DNA of 40,599 bases. It comes from Arenimonas sp. (lineage in GTDB: Bacteria; Pseudomonadota; Gammaproteobacteria; Xanthomonadales; Xanthomonadaceae). The notes beneath the pieces were generated by a model. It searched no databases. It saw only the letters and a list, made by a program, of their open reading frames with translations, and was not told where the DNA came from. Positions 8,867 to 18,987 of the stretch are shown in pieces. How positions within the stretch are numbered: the first letter of the stretch is position 1; each line of letters starts with the position of its first letter. The stretch spans positions 1-40,599 of the forward strand of contig NZ_JAIBFH010000435.1 in assembly GCF_019459675.1 (NCBI RefSeq). Reading direction: 5' to 3'. The position numbers and the translations under genes were made by a program.

Positions 8867-10176
8867 CGGGACCCACTAATCCCAAGGCCATCACCGACAT
8901 CTGCGGCCTGAACTGCGCTGCGCCACTGTCGGCCGAAGACCTGCACCGGGCCTGCTTCTGCCTGGCGGTGGATCCGGCGCAGCTGCGGGCGCATCTGGAC
9001 CGCGTGCTGGCCGCGCACGGCACGTCGGCGCCGCTGGCCCAAACCCACCCGCACCTGTTCGCGGCGCTGCCGGTGTTCGTGCCGGCGGCCAGCGTGCGGG
9101 CGATGGAACATGTGGTCAGCGCGATCGAAGTCGCCGTGGCCACGCCGGCTTATCGCAACGCGGTGCGCGCCTGGGCCCCGGACATCGCGGTGCTCGACCC
9201 GGGTTCGCCCGGCGGCCTGCTGGGCCTGGACTTCCACCTCGGGCCCGACGGACCGCGCCTGATCGAGATCAACACCAACCCCGGTGGCGTGATGATCAAT
9301 GCGCTGCTGGTGAAGGCGCAGCAGCTGTGCATGCCCGCGCTGAGCGCGCCCGCGGTCGCCGTGGCCGACGTGCAGGACGCGGCGCTGGACGTGCTGATGG
9401 CCGAATGGGACGCCCAGTCCGGTGGCCAGCGCAAAGGCCTGGTGGCGATCGTGGACACAGCGCCCCGGCAGCAGTATCTGTACCCGGAGTTCGTGCTGTT
9501 CCAGGACCGCTTCCGGGTGCGCGGCATCGAGGCGGTGGTGTGCGACCCGGCGGAACTGTCGTATGCCGACGGCCAGCTGCGGCTTGGCGACCGCGCGATC
9601 GGCTTCGTCTACAACCGCTGCACCGATTTCGCACTGGCCGAACCGGCCTCCGCCGCCCTGCGCGCCGCTTATCTGGACCGCGCCGTGGCCATCAGCCCGC
9701 ATCCGTGGAGCCACGCGCTGTACGCCGACAAGCGCAACCTGCGCCTGCTGGGCGACCGCGACTTCCTCGAGGCCGCTGGCGTCGGCGCTGAGGATGTGGC
9801 CTGCCTGACGCAGTGCGTGCCGCACACCGAAGTGATGACCGAGGCGAACCGCGACCAACTCTGGCAGCGCCGCAAGCAGCTTTTCTTCAAGCCGGCGGGC
9901 GGCTTCGGTGGCCGCGCCAGCTATCGCGGCGACAAACTCACGCACAAGACCTGGCAGCAAATGGCCGGCACCGACTACGTGGCGCAAGCGCTGGTGCCGC
10001 CCAGCCAGCGCCATCTGAGCGAGGGCGACGTGCCGCTGAAGGTGGACATCCGCTGCTACGCCTACCGAGGCAAGCCGCTGCTGTTCGCCGCGCGCACCTA
10101 CCAGGGGCAGACCACCAACTTCCGCACGCCGGGCGGTGGCTTCGCGCCCGTGCTGACGCTGGTGGATCCGGCATAG
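8863..10176 (+). CDS. Circularly permuted ATP-grasp (glutathionylspermidine-synthase-like) amide ligase, substrate unknown
   Basis: GLDFH...PRLIEINTN, VYNR, ADKRNL, FFKPAGGFGGR, YVAQ, KVDIR, AARTY, GGG match the CP-ATP-grasp pattern. TTG start overlapping the upstream stop (start uncertain). Confidence 0.75.
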   Translation: MTGPTNPKAITDICGLNCAAPLSAEDLHRACFCLAVDPAQLRAHLDRVLAAHGTSAPLAQTHPHLFAALPVFVPAASVRAMEHVVSAIEVAVATPAYRNAVRAWAPDIAVLDPGSPGGLLGLDFHLGPDGPRLIEINTNPGGVMINALLVKAQQLCMPALSAPAVAVADVQDAALDVLMAEWDAQSGGQRKGLVAIVDTAPRQQYLYPEFVLFQDRFRVRGIEAVVCDPAELSYADGQLRLGDRAIGFVYNRCTDFALAEPASAALRAAYLDRAVAISPHPWSHALYADKRNLRLLGDRDFLEAAGVGAEDVACLTQCVPHTEVMTEANRDQLWQRRKQLFFKPAGGFGGRASYRGDKLTHKTWQQMAGTDYVAQALVPPSQRHLSEGDVPLKVDIRCYAYRGKPLLFAARTYQGQTTNFRTPGGGFAPVLTLVDPA

Positions 10177-10248
10177 AAGCACCCGCGTGGCCAATGAAGG
10201 TCTACTGAGCATGGGCGCGCGCGCCTGTGCCCTGCGCAACAAGCTGCG

Positions 10249-10683
10249 CTACCACACGCGCTCGGATGCGGTTGCCGCATTTTTTCTTGACGCCACGATG
10301 GCGGCGGCGGCCGTCGTCGGCAGGCCGACCAGCAGCGCAGCGCGGAACCACGGCGGGAAGTCCTCGCCCATCGTCCACACGGCCCAGACGGCCGCCGCCA
10401 TCAGCACGCTTGCGAGGCCCACCGCAACGCGGCGCGGCCACAGCGGTGAAAGGCGTGCCGGCAGCCACGTGGCGGCAAACACCGACGCCAGCAGCCAGCC
10501 CATGTCCCAGGCCAGCCGCGGGTTGCCTCCGGCGGGCAAACGCAGGGCCGCCGCCAGCGTTCCACCCAACCAGTTCAGGGTAGGGAGGCAGGCCAGGGCA
10601 ACAGCGAGCACGGCCGTTGCTTGCAAAACGAGTCGCACACGGGCGAAGGCCATCGGGGGTGACCAGGCAAATTCGATGGGCAA
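10249..10683 (-). CDS. Hypothetical integral membrane protein (about 4 TM)
   Basis: Four hydrophobic segments; DFPPWF loop. Start uncertain. Confidence 0.6.
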   Translation of the reverse strand: MPIEFAWSPPMAFARVRLVLQATAVLAVALACLPTLNWLGGTLAAALRLPAGGNPRLAWDMGWLLASVFAATWLPARLSPLWPRRVAVGLASVLMAAAVWAVWTMGEDFPPWFRAALLVGLPTTAAAAIVASRKNAATASERVW

Positions 10684-10717
10684 CAGTAACCAAGAACGCC
10701 GTCAGTTTGCCGATGGG

Positions 10718-10897
10718 TCAGCTGATCAGCGGGTCGGCGTACGGGTGGGCGCCGTCGGGCTGCGCCACGGCGCCGGGCTCGTCGATGCTGCCGGGCGCAG
10801 CGTCGGCGGCGGAGTCGGCCGGAGCCTGTGCCTGGAACTGCGGCGTGTCGATCGGCTTCGAAGCGGGGCGCACCTCGTCATGGAAGCGATATTCCAT
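10718..10897 (-). CDS. Possible small acidic, Pro/Ala-rich protein (59 aa)
   Basis: ATG10897 to TGA, MEYRFHDEVRPASKPIDTP..., GC-rich codon usage, co-oriented with the downstream membrane gene. No recognisable family. Confidence 0.35.
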   Translation of the reverse strand: MEYRFHDEVRPASKPIDTPQFQAQAPADSAADAAPGSIDEPGAVAQPDGAHPYADPLIS

Positions 10898-11200
10898 CCC
10901 CGAATTTCTGTACTTTTCCACAGCCTTGCCCCCCCGACCAGCCGGACTTGTTGGCCAAGGATGCAGGCTCCTGCAAGCATTGGATGTACGCTTGCGCACC
11001 CAGAGCGCCAGCGCGCTTCCCAAGCCTGCCGCCGTCCCAGAGGAACGAGGAACGGGGTCAGGTTCACTTATCGTGGCCTCCCCACCCACGCAGCCCGGCC
11101 CTCACCGCACCTTTGACCCACGTCAAGGCGCTGTCGCACAGGCGGCGTAGGGTTCCCGGTGAATCGCCCCGTTCAGGGCGTCGCTTCCGAGAACGCGGCC

Positions 11201-12223
11201 ATGAAGCATTTCCTAGACACCCAGGATTTCTCACGCGGCGAGCTGCTGCGGATGATGGCGCTCATCGGCCTGCTCAAGCGCGCCGACAAGCAGGGCGCGC
11301 TGCCGCCGCTGCTGGCGGGCGCGTCGCTGGGCATGATCTTCGAAGAGCCGTCCACCCGCACCCGGGTGTCGTTCGAAGTGGCCATGACCAAGCTCGGAGG
11401 CCACGCGTTGTACCTCAAGCCCGGCGAAATCCATCTGGGCGAACGCGAGAACATCAAGGACACCTCGCAGGTGATCAGCCGCATGGTGGACGCCATCGAG
11501 GCACGAACGCTCAAGAACAAGACCCTGCTGGACCTGGCCGCCAACGCCACCGTCCCGGTTATCAACGGCCTCACGGACTACAACCACCCCACCCAGGTGG
11601 TGTGCGACGTGTTCACGATGCTCGAGCACAAGCTGCCCGAGAAGGAACTGTCTGACCTGCGCGTGGTGTTCATCGGCGACGCCACCAACGTGTGCGCCTC
11701 GCTGCTGATGATGTGCACGCGCATGGGCATGCACTTCACCCACGTGGCGCCGCCGAAATACCAGGCGCCGGAAGCCTGGCAGCGCATCGGGCGCGAGAAC
11801 TGTGCGGTGTCGGGCGGCAGCCTCACCATCAGCGATGACCCGGTGGCGTCCGTGCGCGACGCCGATTTCATCTACACCGACCTGTGGTGGTGGGTGGGTC
11901 AGGAGGCCGAGATCCCCGAGCGCCGCGCCGCCTTCATGCCGCGCTACCAGGTGAACCTGGCGCTGTTCGAAGCGGCCCCGCCGCACGCCAGGATGATGCA
12001 TTGCCTGCCGGCCAGCCGCGGCGTGGAGGCTACCGACGCCGTGCTCGACCACCCGCGCTCGATCATCTACGACCAGTCCGAGAACCGCCTGCACACCGAG
12101 AAGGCCATCCTGGTGACCTTCATCCACCCGCGCCTGCGCAAGCCGCCCGAGGCCCTCAGGCAGTGGCACGCCGGACAGATCCATTCCTTCCTCAGCGAGC
12201 CCGCGCTCGAATCCGCACCCTGA
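11201..12223 (+). CDS. ptcA: Putrescine carbamoyltransferase-like transcarbamylase (AguB/PtcA)
   Basis: STRTRVSFE, NGLTDYNHPTQ, HCLP. FIGDATNVC and NCAVSGGS resemble PTC. Lacks the OTC SMG motif and has a C-terminal extension. First gene of an agu operon. Confidence 0.8.
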   Translation: MKHFLDTQDFSRGELLRMMALIGLLKRADKQGALPPLLAGASLGMIFEEPSTRTRVSFEVAMTKLGGHALYLKPGEIHLGERENIKDTSQVISRMVDAIEARTLKNKTLLDLAANATVPVINGLTDYNHPTQVVCDVFTMLEHKLPEKELSDLRVVFIGDATNVCASLLMMCTRMGMHFTHVAPPKYQAPEAWQRIGRENCAVSGGSLTISDDPVASVRDADFIYTDLWWWVGQEAEIPERRAAFMPRYQVNLALFEAAPPHARMMHCLPASRGVEATDAVLDHPRSIIYDQSENRLHTEKAILVTFIHPRLRKPPEALRQWHAGQIHSFLSEPALESAP

Positions 12224-12248
12224 ACCCCCCGCACCGCCGGAGACTCCG

Positions 12249-13679
12249 ATGAACGCAAACAGCGCCAGCGCCGCCAAGCCAACGCCCCACGCCCAGGAGG
12301 GTCGCGGCTTCAAGCGCGTCCTGGGCCTGCTGGACATGACCCTTTTCACGGTCTGCGCCATCCTGGTGATCGACACCCTGGCCGCCTCCGCGGCCATCGG
12401 CCCGTCGGCCATGACCTGGTGGTTGATAACGCTGGTGCTGTTCTTCATTCCCTACGCGCTCATGACGGCCGAGCTGGGCGCCGCCTACCCGCGCGAAGGC
12501 GGCATCCAGGGCTGGATCCGCAAGGCCTACGGCGACCGCTGGGCGGCGCGCGCCACCTGGTGCTACTGGATAAACGTGGCGCTGTGGATGCCGTCGGTGT
12601 ACATCCTGTTCGCGGGCATGTTCGCGCAGATGTTCTGGCCCGAGATGGGACTGGGCGCGAAGATCGCGATGGCGGTGGTGCTGTCCTGGCTGACGGTGGG
12701 CTTTGGCATCCTGAGCCTGGAAGTGAGCAAGTGGATCCCGAACATCGGCGCGGTCATCAAGGCCGCGATCATGCTGCTGATCGGCGGCGGTGGCATCTAC
12801 TACGTCACGCAGAACGGCACCGCGAACGAATTCACCGTGGCGACGCTGACGCCGCAGCTGGGCGCCAGCCTCGCCTTCCTACCGGTCATCGTCTACAACT
12901 ACCTGGGCTTCGAGCTGATGTCGGGCGCCGGCGAAGAAATGAAGAACCCGGCGCGCGACGTGCCGCGGGCGGTGATCATTTCCGGCGTGTCCATCGCGGC
13001 GTTCTACCTGCTGGCCACGTTCGGCATCCTGGCCGTGCTGCCGCAGGCCGACATCGGCCTGGTCGAGGGCCTGCTGGACACCGTGGCCAAGATTTTCGGT
13101 GATTCCGCCGCCGGCAAGGCCCTGGTGACTGCGGTGGGAATCGGTGCGCTGTACACGTTCTTCGCCAACATGGTCACCTGGTCGCTGGGCGCCAACCGCA
13201 CGGCGCAGGCGGCTGCGGCGGACGGCGAACTGCCGGCGTTCCTGGGCGTGCTGCACAAGCGCCACAAGACGCCGGTGGGCGCCTTCCTGGCGATGGGCGT
13301 GGTGGGAACGGCCGTGATCTTCGGCTACGGCTTCCTGGCGCAGTCCACCGAGGACCTGTTCTGGAGCCTGTTCGCGTTCAGCTCGATCATCTTCCTGCTG
13401 CCCTACCTGCTGCTGTTCCCGACCTTCGTGCGCCTGCGTCGCATTGATCCGGGCACGCCGCGACCGTATCGCCTGGGGGGTCCGACGGCCTGGCTGTGGC
13501 TGCTGGCCACGGTGTGCGTGCTGTTCATCCTGCAGGCGATCGTGTTCTTCGTGTGGGTGCCGGGCGAGCCGATTGACTGGACGGCGGCCGGCCCGATCAT
13601 CATCGGCGTCGTGGTGACCCTGGCGCTGGGCGAGGTGCTGGTGCAGCGTCATCATCGCCGGCGCGGGCAAACGCCGTGA
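12249..13679 (+). CDS. aguD: APC-family permease, probable agmatine/putrescine antiporter
   Basis: About 12 TM segments; [40 protein letters not shown]....EEMKNP. Lies between ptcA and aguA. Confidence 0.85.
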   Translation: MNANSASAAKPTPHAQEGRGFKRVLGLLDMTLFTVCAILVIDTLAASAAIGPSAMTWWLITLVLFFIPYALMTAELGAAYPREGGIQGWIRKAYGDRWAARATWCYWINVALWMPSVYILFAGMFAQMFWPEMGLGAKIAMAVVLSWLTVGFGILSLEVSKWIPNIGAVIKAAIMLLIGGGGIYYVTQNGTANEFTVATLTPQLGASLAFLPVIVYNYLGFELMSGAGEEMKNPARDVPRAVIISGVSIAAFYLLATFGILAVLPQADIGLVEGLLDTVAKIFGDSAAGKALVTAVGIGALYTFFANMVTWSLGANRTAQAAAADGELPAFLGVLHKRHKTPVGAFLAMGVVGTAVIFGYGFLAQSTEDLFWSLFAFSSIIFLLPYLLLFPTFVRLRRIDPGTPRPYRLGGPTAWLWLLATVCVLFILQAIVFFVWVPGEPIDWTAAGPIIIGVVVTLALGEVLVQRHHRRRGQTP

Positions 13680-14779
13680 CCCGCACCCTGGCCAGCACCC
13701 CGGCCGCCGACGGCTTCCGGATGCCGGGCGAGTTCGAGCCGCACCAGGGCACCTGGATGCTCTGGCCCGAGCGCCCCGACACCTGGCGCTGGGGTGCCAA
13801 ACCCGCGCAGGCTGCCTATGCCGAAGTGGCGCGCGCCATCAGTGCGTTCGAGCAGGTGACGATGTGTGTTTCGCCCGGCCAGTTCGCCAACGCCCGGCAG
13901 GTGCTGCCCGAGGCCGTACGCGTGGTCGAGATGACCAGCAACGACGCCTGGGTGCGCGACTGCGGCCCGAGCTTCCTGATCAACGACGCGGGCGAAGTGC
14001 GCGGCGTGGACTGGCGGTTCAATGCCTGGGGCGGGCTGGAAAGCGGCCTGTACTCACCGTGGGACCAGGACGACCTGGTGGGGCAGAAGATCCTGGAAGT
14101 GGAGAATGTGCCGCGCTACGCCGCGCCACTGATCCTTGAAGGCGGCTCGATCGAGGTGGACGGCGACGGCACGCTGCTCACCACCCGCGAATGCCTGCTC
14201 AACCACGACCGCAATCCCGACCTGACGCCTGACGAGATCGAAGCCAAACTGGGCGAATACCTCGGCATCCGCAAGATCATCTGGCTTGAGAAGGGCGTCT
14301 ACAACGACGAAACCGAAGGCCACGTGGACAACCTGGCGCGCTTCGTTCGGCCGGGCGTGGTGATGCTGGACTGGACCGACGACACCGCCGACCCGCAGTA
14401 CCCCATCAGCCTGGACGCCTTCCAGCGGCTCAGCCGGGCCACGGATGCGCGCGGGCGCAAGCTGGAGGTGATCAAGCTTCCCCAGCCCGGCCCGCTGCAC
14501 ATGACCCAGGACGAGTCGCGCGGCGTGGACGTGGTGGAAGGCACGCTGCCGCGCGAGGCGGGTCTGCGGCTGGCGGCGTCGTACGTGAACTTCTACGTGT
14601 GCAACGGCGCGGTGATCATGCCGCTGCTGGACGAGCGCACCGACGCGGCGGCGGCCGGTCTGATCCAGCGCGCTTTCCCCGATCGCCGGGTCATCGGCGT
14701 GGCGGCGCGGGAAATCCTGCTCGGCGGCGGCGACATCCACTGCATCACCCAACAGCAGCCCATGGCCGGGCGGCGCTGA
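13676..14779 (+). CDS. aguA: Agmatine deiminase
   Basis: [61 protein letters not shown] with the catalytic Cys. GTGA overlap with aguD. Confidence 0.97.
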   Translation: MTRTLASTPAADGFRMPGEFEPHQGTWMLWPERPDTWRWGAKPAQAAYAEVARAISAFEQVTMCVSPGQFANARQVLPEAVRVVEMTSNDAWVRDCGPSFLINDAGEVRGVDWRFNAWGGLESGLYSPWDQDDLVGQKILEVENVPRYAAPLILEGGSIEVDGDGTLLTTRECLLNHDRNPDLTPDEIEAKLGEYLGIRKIIWLEKGVYNDETEGHVDNLARFVRPGVVMLDWTDDTADPQYPISLDAFQRLSRATDARGRKLEVIKLPQPGPLHMTQDESRGVDVVEGTLPREAGLRLAASYVNFYVCNGAVIMPLLDERTDAAAAGLIQRAFPDRRVIGVAAREILLGGGDIHCITQQQPMAGRR

Positions 14780-14792
14780 GCCGGGAAGGCGC

Positions 14793-15728
14793 TTACCACC
14801 AGGACAAGTCCGGTTCGTCCGATGCGCTGTCGGGCACGATCCAGGTGCCGGCGTTGCCGGCCAGGATGGCCTCGAGTTCGGTGATTGATCCGATCGCGGC
14901 GCGCTTTCCCGCCTTGGCCATCGCCACGGCGGAGGCCACTTTGGGCCCCATCGAGCCCGTCGCGAAGGCATGCTGCGCCAGGCCGCGCGGGGTTGCCCGC
15001 TTCAGGGCGCGCACCTGCGGCGTGCCGAAATCCGTCATCACCGCGGCCACGTCGGTCAGCATCACCAGGGCATCGGCGCCGAGTTCGATGGCCAGCAGCG
15101 CGCTGGCGGCGTCCTTGTCGATCACCGCTTCCACGCCGCAGAGCCGGCCGTCGGCATCCATCGCCACCGGGATGCCGCCGCCCCCGGCGCAGATCACCGT
15201 CACCTGCGCCTCGGCCATGCGCTTGATCGCCGGCAGGGCCAGTATGCGCAGTGGCGCGGGCGAGGCGACCACGCGGCGCCAGTGCGCACCGTCCGGTGCA
15301 ACGGTCCAGCCTTTTTCAGCCGCCAGCGCTTTGGCTTCGGCCTCCGGGTACACCGGGCCAATGGGTTTGGCCGGGCTGGCGAAGGCCGGGTCGCGCGAAT
15401 CCACCACCACCTGCGTGAGCAGGGTGGCGAACTGGCGGCCGGGCAGCTGGTTGATCAATTCCTGTTCCAGCACGTAGCCGATCATGCCCTCGCTTTCGGC
15501 GCCCAGGACGTCGAGCGGAAACGCTGGCCGTGCGGGATCCGCCATCGCCTGCAGCGCCAGCAGACCCACCTGCGGGCCGTTGCCGTGGGTCAGCACCACG
15601 TCGTGCCGGCGGATCACCGGCGCCAGGCCAGCGGCCGCGGCGGCGATGTTGGCGCGCTGCAGCGCGGGGTCGGGCGGCTGGCCGCGCTTGAGCAGCGCAT
15701 TGCCGCCCAGTGCGATGACGAGATTCAT
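14793..15728 (-). CDS. arcC: Carbamate kinase
   Basis: VIALGGNALL, THGNGPQVG, EGMIGY, KPIGP, WRRVVASP, GGGGIP, EAVIDKD, GSMGPKV. Confidence 0.96.
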   Translation of the reverse strand: MNLVIALGGNALLKRGQPPDPALQRANIAAAAAGLAPVIRRHDVVLTHGNGPQVGLLALQAMADPARPAFPLDVLGAESEGMIGYVLEQELINQLPGRQFATLLTQVVVDSRDPAFASPAKPIGPVYPEAEAKALAAEKGWTVAPDGAHWRRVVASPAPLRILALPAIKRMAEAQVTVICAGGGGIPVAMDADGRLCGVEAVIDKDAASALLAIELGADALVMLTDVAAVMTDFGTPQVRALKRATPRGLAQHAFATGSMGPKVASAVAMAKAGKRAAIGSITELEAILAGNAGTWIVPDSASDEPDLSWW

Positions 15729-15830
15729 TTCGGGCGACACTCCAGCAGGGGTCGGCGTTTGATTTCGCGCCCGTGCCCCGTCGCTGTCAAGGCGGCCGCG
15801 GCATGCCGCCGGCGCGGGGCGCTCCAGCGC

Positions 15831-18005
15831 CTAATCGTCCACCGCCATGCGTCGCAGCCGCAGCGCGTTGGCCACCACCGAAACCGAACTCAGGCTCATC
15901 GCCAGCGCGGCGAACATCGGGCTCAGCAGCAGGCCGAAGGCGGGATACAGCACGCCCGCGGCCAGAGGCACGCCGACGGCGTTGTAGACCAGGGCGAAGC
16001 CGAGGTTCTGCTTCATGTTCGCCACGGTGGCCTCGGACACCTGGCGCGCCCGCAGGATGCCGCGCAGGTCGCCCTTCACCAATGTCACCTGGGCGCTGGA
16101 CATCGCCACGTCGGTGCCGGTGCCCATGGCGATGCCGACATCGGCCGCGGCCAGCGCAGGGGCATCGTTGATGCCGTCCCCGGCCATGGCCACGCAGCGG
16201 CCGTCCTTCTTGAGTTGGGCCACCAGGTCGGCCTTGTCCTGCGGCCGCACTTCGCCGTGCACCTCGGCTATGCCCAGGTCCTTCGCCACGGCGCGGGCGG
16301 TGGTTTCACCGTCGCCGGTGGCCATGATCAGGCGCATGCCTGACGCCTTCAGCGCCTCAATCGCGGCCGGCGTGGAGTCCTTGATCGGGTCGGCCACGGC
16401 CAGCAGCCCGGCCAGCGCGCCGTCGGTGGCCAGGAACATCACGCTGGCGCCCGCCTTGCGCAGCCGCTCGGCGTCGCCGGTGAGCGCCGAGACGTCCACC
16501 TTGTCGGTGTCCATCAGCGCGGTGTTGCCCAGCGCCAGGGTCTTGCCGTCGACACGGCCGCGCACGCCGATGCCGGACGTCGACTCGAAATCCTCCGCCT
16601 TGGCCAGCGACAGCTTGCGCGCGTTCGCTTCGTTGACCAGCGCCTCGGCCAGTGGATGTTCGCTGCCCTGGTCGAGGCTGGCGGCCAGGCGCAGCACCGC
16701 GTCGGCGTCCTGCCCGGAGGCCGCGACCACTTCGCGGAAGGCGGGCTTGCCGGCGGTGAGCGTGCCGGTCTTGTCCACGATCAGGGTGTCTATCTTGCGC
16801 AGGGTCTCGATCGCCTCGGCGTCGCGGAACAGCACGCCAAGATTCGCCGCGCGGCCGGTGGCCACCATGATCGACATCGGCGTGGCCAGCCCCAGCGCGC
16901 AGGGGCAGGCGATGATCAGCACCGAGACCGCGTTGAGTACGGCGTACACCCACGAAGCCTCCGGCCCGAAGAATCCCCAGACCAGCAGCGTCACGACGGA
17001 AACCGACAGCACCGCCAGCACGAACCAGTACGACACCCTGTCGGCCATCCGCTGCATGGGTGCGCGCGAACGCTGGGCCTTGGCCACCAGCTCGACGATC
17101 TGGTTGAGCAGCGAACCGGCGCCGATCCTGGTGGCCTTGATCACCAGGCTTCCGGAGGTGTTGAGGGTGGCGCCGATCACGCTGTCGCCTACCTGTTTGC
17201 CCACGGGCATGGACTCGCCGGTAAGCATGGACTCGTCGATGCTGGACTGGCCTTCGACCACTTCGCCGTCGGCCGGCACCTTTTCGCCGGGCCGCACCCG
17301 CAGGCGGTCGCCGACCTGCACCTGGTCCAGCGCGACGTCTTCTTCAGTGCCGTCCTCGCGCAGCCGGCGCGCGGTCTTGGGCGCCAGGTTGAGCAGGGCT
17401 TTCATCGCCGCCGAGGTTTGCGAGCGCGCCTTGAGCTCCAGCAGCTGCCCGAGCAGGGTCAGCGACACGATCACTGCGGCGGCTTCGAAGTACACGCCGA
17501 CCCGGCCATGTTCCTGGAACGAGGCGGGGAAGAAGTCCGGCACCAGCGTTGCGGCAATGCTGTAGGCGTACGCTGCGGACACGCCGGTCATGATCAGCGT
17601 CCACATGTTGAGGTTGCCGCTGCGGATGGAGGCGACGCCGCGCACGAAGAACGGCCAGCCGGCCCACAGCACCACGGGCGTGGCCAGCACCAATTCCAGC
17701 CAGGTGCGCACGTCGCTCGAAAGCCACGACCAGCTGTGCCCGAACATCGCCAGCACCAGCACCGCCGCCGACAGCGGCAGCGTGAACCAGAAGCGGCGGC
17801 TGAAGTCGCGCAGCTCGGGGTTGTCGTCGTCAGCGTCGGACGGCATCACCGGTTCCAGCGCCATGCCGCAGATGGGGCAGGTGCCGGGGCCTTCCTGGCG
17901 GATTTCGGGGTGCATGGGGCAGGTGTAGATCGCGCCTGGAGGTGCGGGCGCCGGGCTTGGCCTGCTGGCGTCGTGCGAGTGGCAGGCGTGCGGGTGCGGA
18001 TCCAT
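15831..18005 (-). CDS. copA: Copper-translocating P1B-type ATPase
   Basis: N-terminal YTCPMHP..CPICGM metal-binding domain, TGES, CPC, DKTGT, SEHP, GDGIND, YN and MSLSS. GGAG before ATG18005. Confidence 0.95.
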   Translation of the reverse strand: MDPHPHACHSHDASRPSPAPAPPGAIYTCPMHPEIRQEGPGTCPICGMALEPVMPSDADDDNPELRDFSRRFWFTLPLSAAVLVLAMFGHSWSWLSSDVRTWLELVLATPVVLWAGWPFFVRGVASIRSGNLNMWTLIMTGVSAAYAYSIAATLVPDFFPASFQEHGRVGVYFEAAAVIVSLTLLGQLLELKARSQTSAAMKALLNLAPKTARRLREDGTEEDVALDQVQVGDRLRVRPGEKVPADGEVVEGQSSIDESMLTGESMPVGKQVGDSVIGATLNTSGSLVIKATRIGAGSLLNQIVELVAKAQRSRAPMQRMADRVSYWFVLAVLSVSVVTLLVWGFFGPEASWVYAVLNAVSVLIIACPCALGLATPMSIMVATGRAANLGVLFRDAEAIETLRKIDTLIVDKTGTLTAGKPAFREVVAASGQDADAVLRLAASLDQGSEHPLAEALVNEANARKLSLAKAEDFESTSGIGVRGRVDGKTLALGNTALMDTDKVDVSALTGDAERLRKAGASVMFLATDGALAGLLAVADPIKDSTPAAIEALKASGMRLIMATGDGETTARAVAKDLGIAEVHGEVRPQDKADLVAQLKKDGRCVAMAGDGINDAPALAAADVGIAMGTGTDVAMSSAQVTLVKGDLRGILRARQVSEATVANMKQNLGFALVYNAVGVPLAAGVLYPAFGLLLSPMFAALAMSLSSVSVVANALRLRRMAVDD

Positions 18006-18082
18006 CGCGTTCTCCGGAAAGGGCATGTCGCCGTGAGTCTACGCGTCTGCCCTTGAGCGAGCGTTTTGCGGGAGCATCGAAG

Positions 18083-18111
18083 CTGACGTGGCAACGTGTT
18101 GCACAGGTCAG
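18083..18111. promoter_or_regulatory. Dyad in the copA/nitroreductase divergent region; possible MerR/CueR-type operator
   Basis: CTGAC..GCAAC-GT-GTTGC..GTCAG inverted repeat. On the minus strand it begins CTGACC, resembling a -35 element. Confidence 0.4.
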
Positions 18112-18215
18112 TGTCCGGCGCAGGCTTTGGCGGCGATGTGCGCTGGCGCACTTAGAGCAACAGCATGGGATGCACGCTTCAGCTAAAGTAGGCCGCACCC
18201 CACGCCGGCTTGGCC

Positions 18216-18893
18216 ATGTCCAATTCCCCGACCCAGCCTTTGTCCCCGCCGCCCGTCCTTGACGATTCCGAACGCCTCGCCCGTGCGGCGGCGTTCGCCG
18301 ACCAGATGGTGCGCCGACGCACGGTGCGCGATTACGCGCCCACGCCGGTGCCGCGCGAAGTCATCGAAGCCTGCCTGCGTGCAGCGGCCAGTGCGCCCAG
18401 CGGCGCGAACCAGCAGCCCTGGCACTTCGTCGCCATTTCCGACCCGGCCCTGAAGCACCGCATCCGCGAGGCTGCAGAAATGGAAGAGCGCGAGTTCTAC
18501 CAGCGGCGCGCGCCCGACGAATGGCTCAAGGCGCTGGCCCACCTGGGCACCGACGCCGAGAAGCCCTTCCTGGAAATCGCGCCTTGGCTGATCGCGGTCT
18601 TCTACGAGCGCACCGGCCCGGAAGTGGAGGGTCACAAGGCCAAGCGCTACTACCCGCACGAATCCACCGGCATCGCCTGCGGCATGCTGATTGCCGCGCT
18701 GCATGACGCAGGCCTGGCAACGCTCACGCACACCCCCAGCCCGATGGCCTTCCTCAACGAACTGCTGGGTCGTCCCCGCAACGAAGTGCCCTACCTGCTG
18801 CTGGTGGTGGGGCATCCGGCGCCGGGCTGCCGCGTGCCGGCGATCGAGCGCAAAGCGCTGGCGGATGTCGCCACCTTCCTTTCCTCGCTCTGA
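18216..18893 (+). CDS. Nitroreductase-family flavoprotein, iodotyrosine deiodinase (IYD)-like
   Basis: [26 protein letters not shown] lid, [26 protein letters not shown]. Confidence 0.85.
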   Translation: MSNSPTQPLSPPPVLDDSERLARAAAFADQMVRRRTVRDYAPTPVPREVIEACLRAAASAPSGANQQPWHFVAISDPALKHRIREAAEMEEREFYQRRAPDEWLKALAHLGTDAEKPFLEIAPWLIAVFYERTGPEVEGHKAKRYYPHESTGIACGMLIAALHDAGLATLTHTPSPMAFLNELLGRPRNEVPYLLLVVGHPAPGCRVPAIERKALADVATFLSSL

Positions 18894-18987
18894 CCAACGC
18901 AGCCAACCTGCGGCCATCAAGGAAATCGGCGGCCTGTCCGCAGAACCACGCGTTGCGGGGCTGCGGAAGCGCGGACAGTAGCGCTGC

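Noticed and set aside
18089-18103. TGGCAACGTGTTGCA as a sigma-54 promoter
   Set aside because: Spacing is GG-N9-GC, not the required N10.
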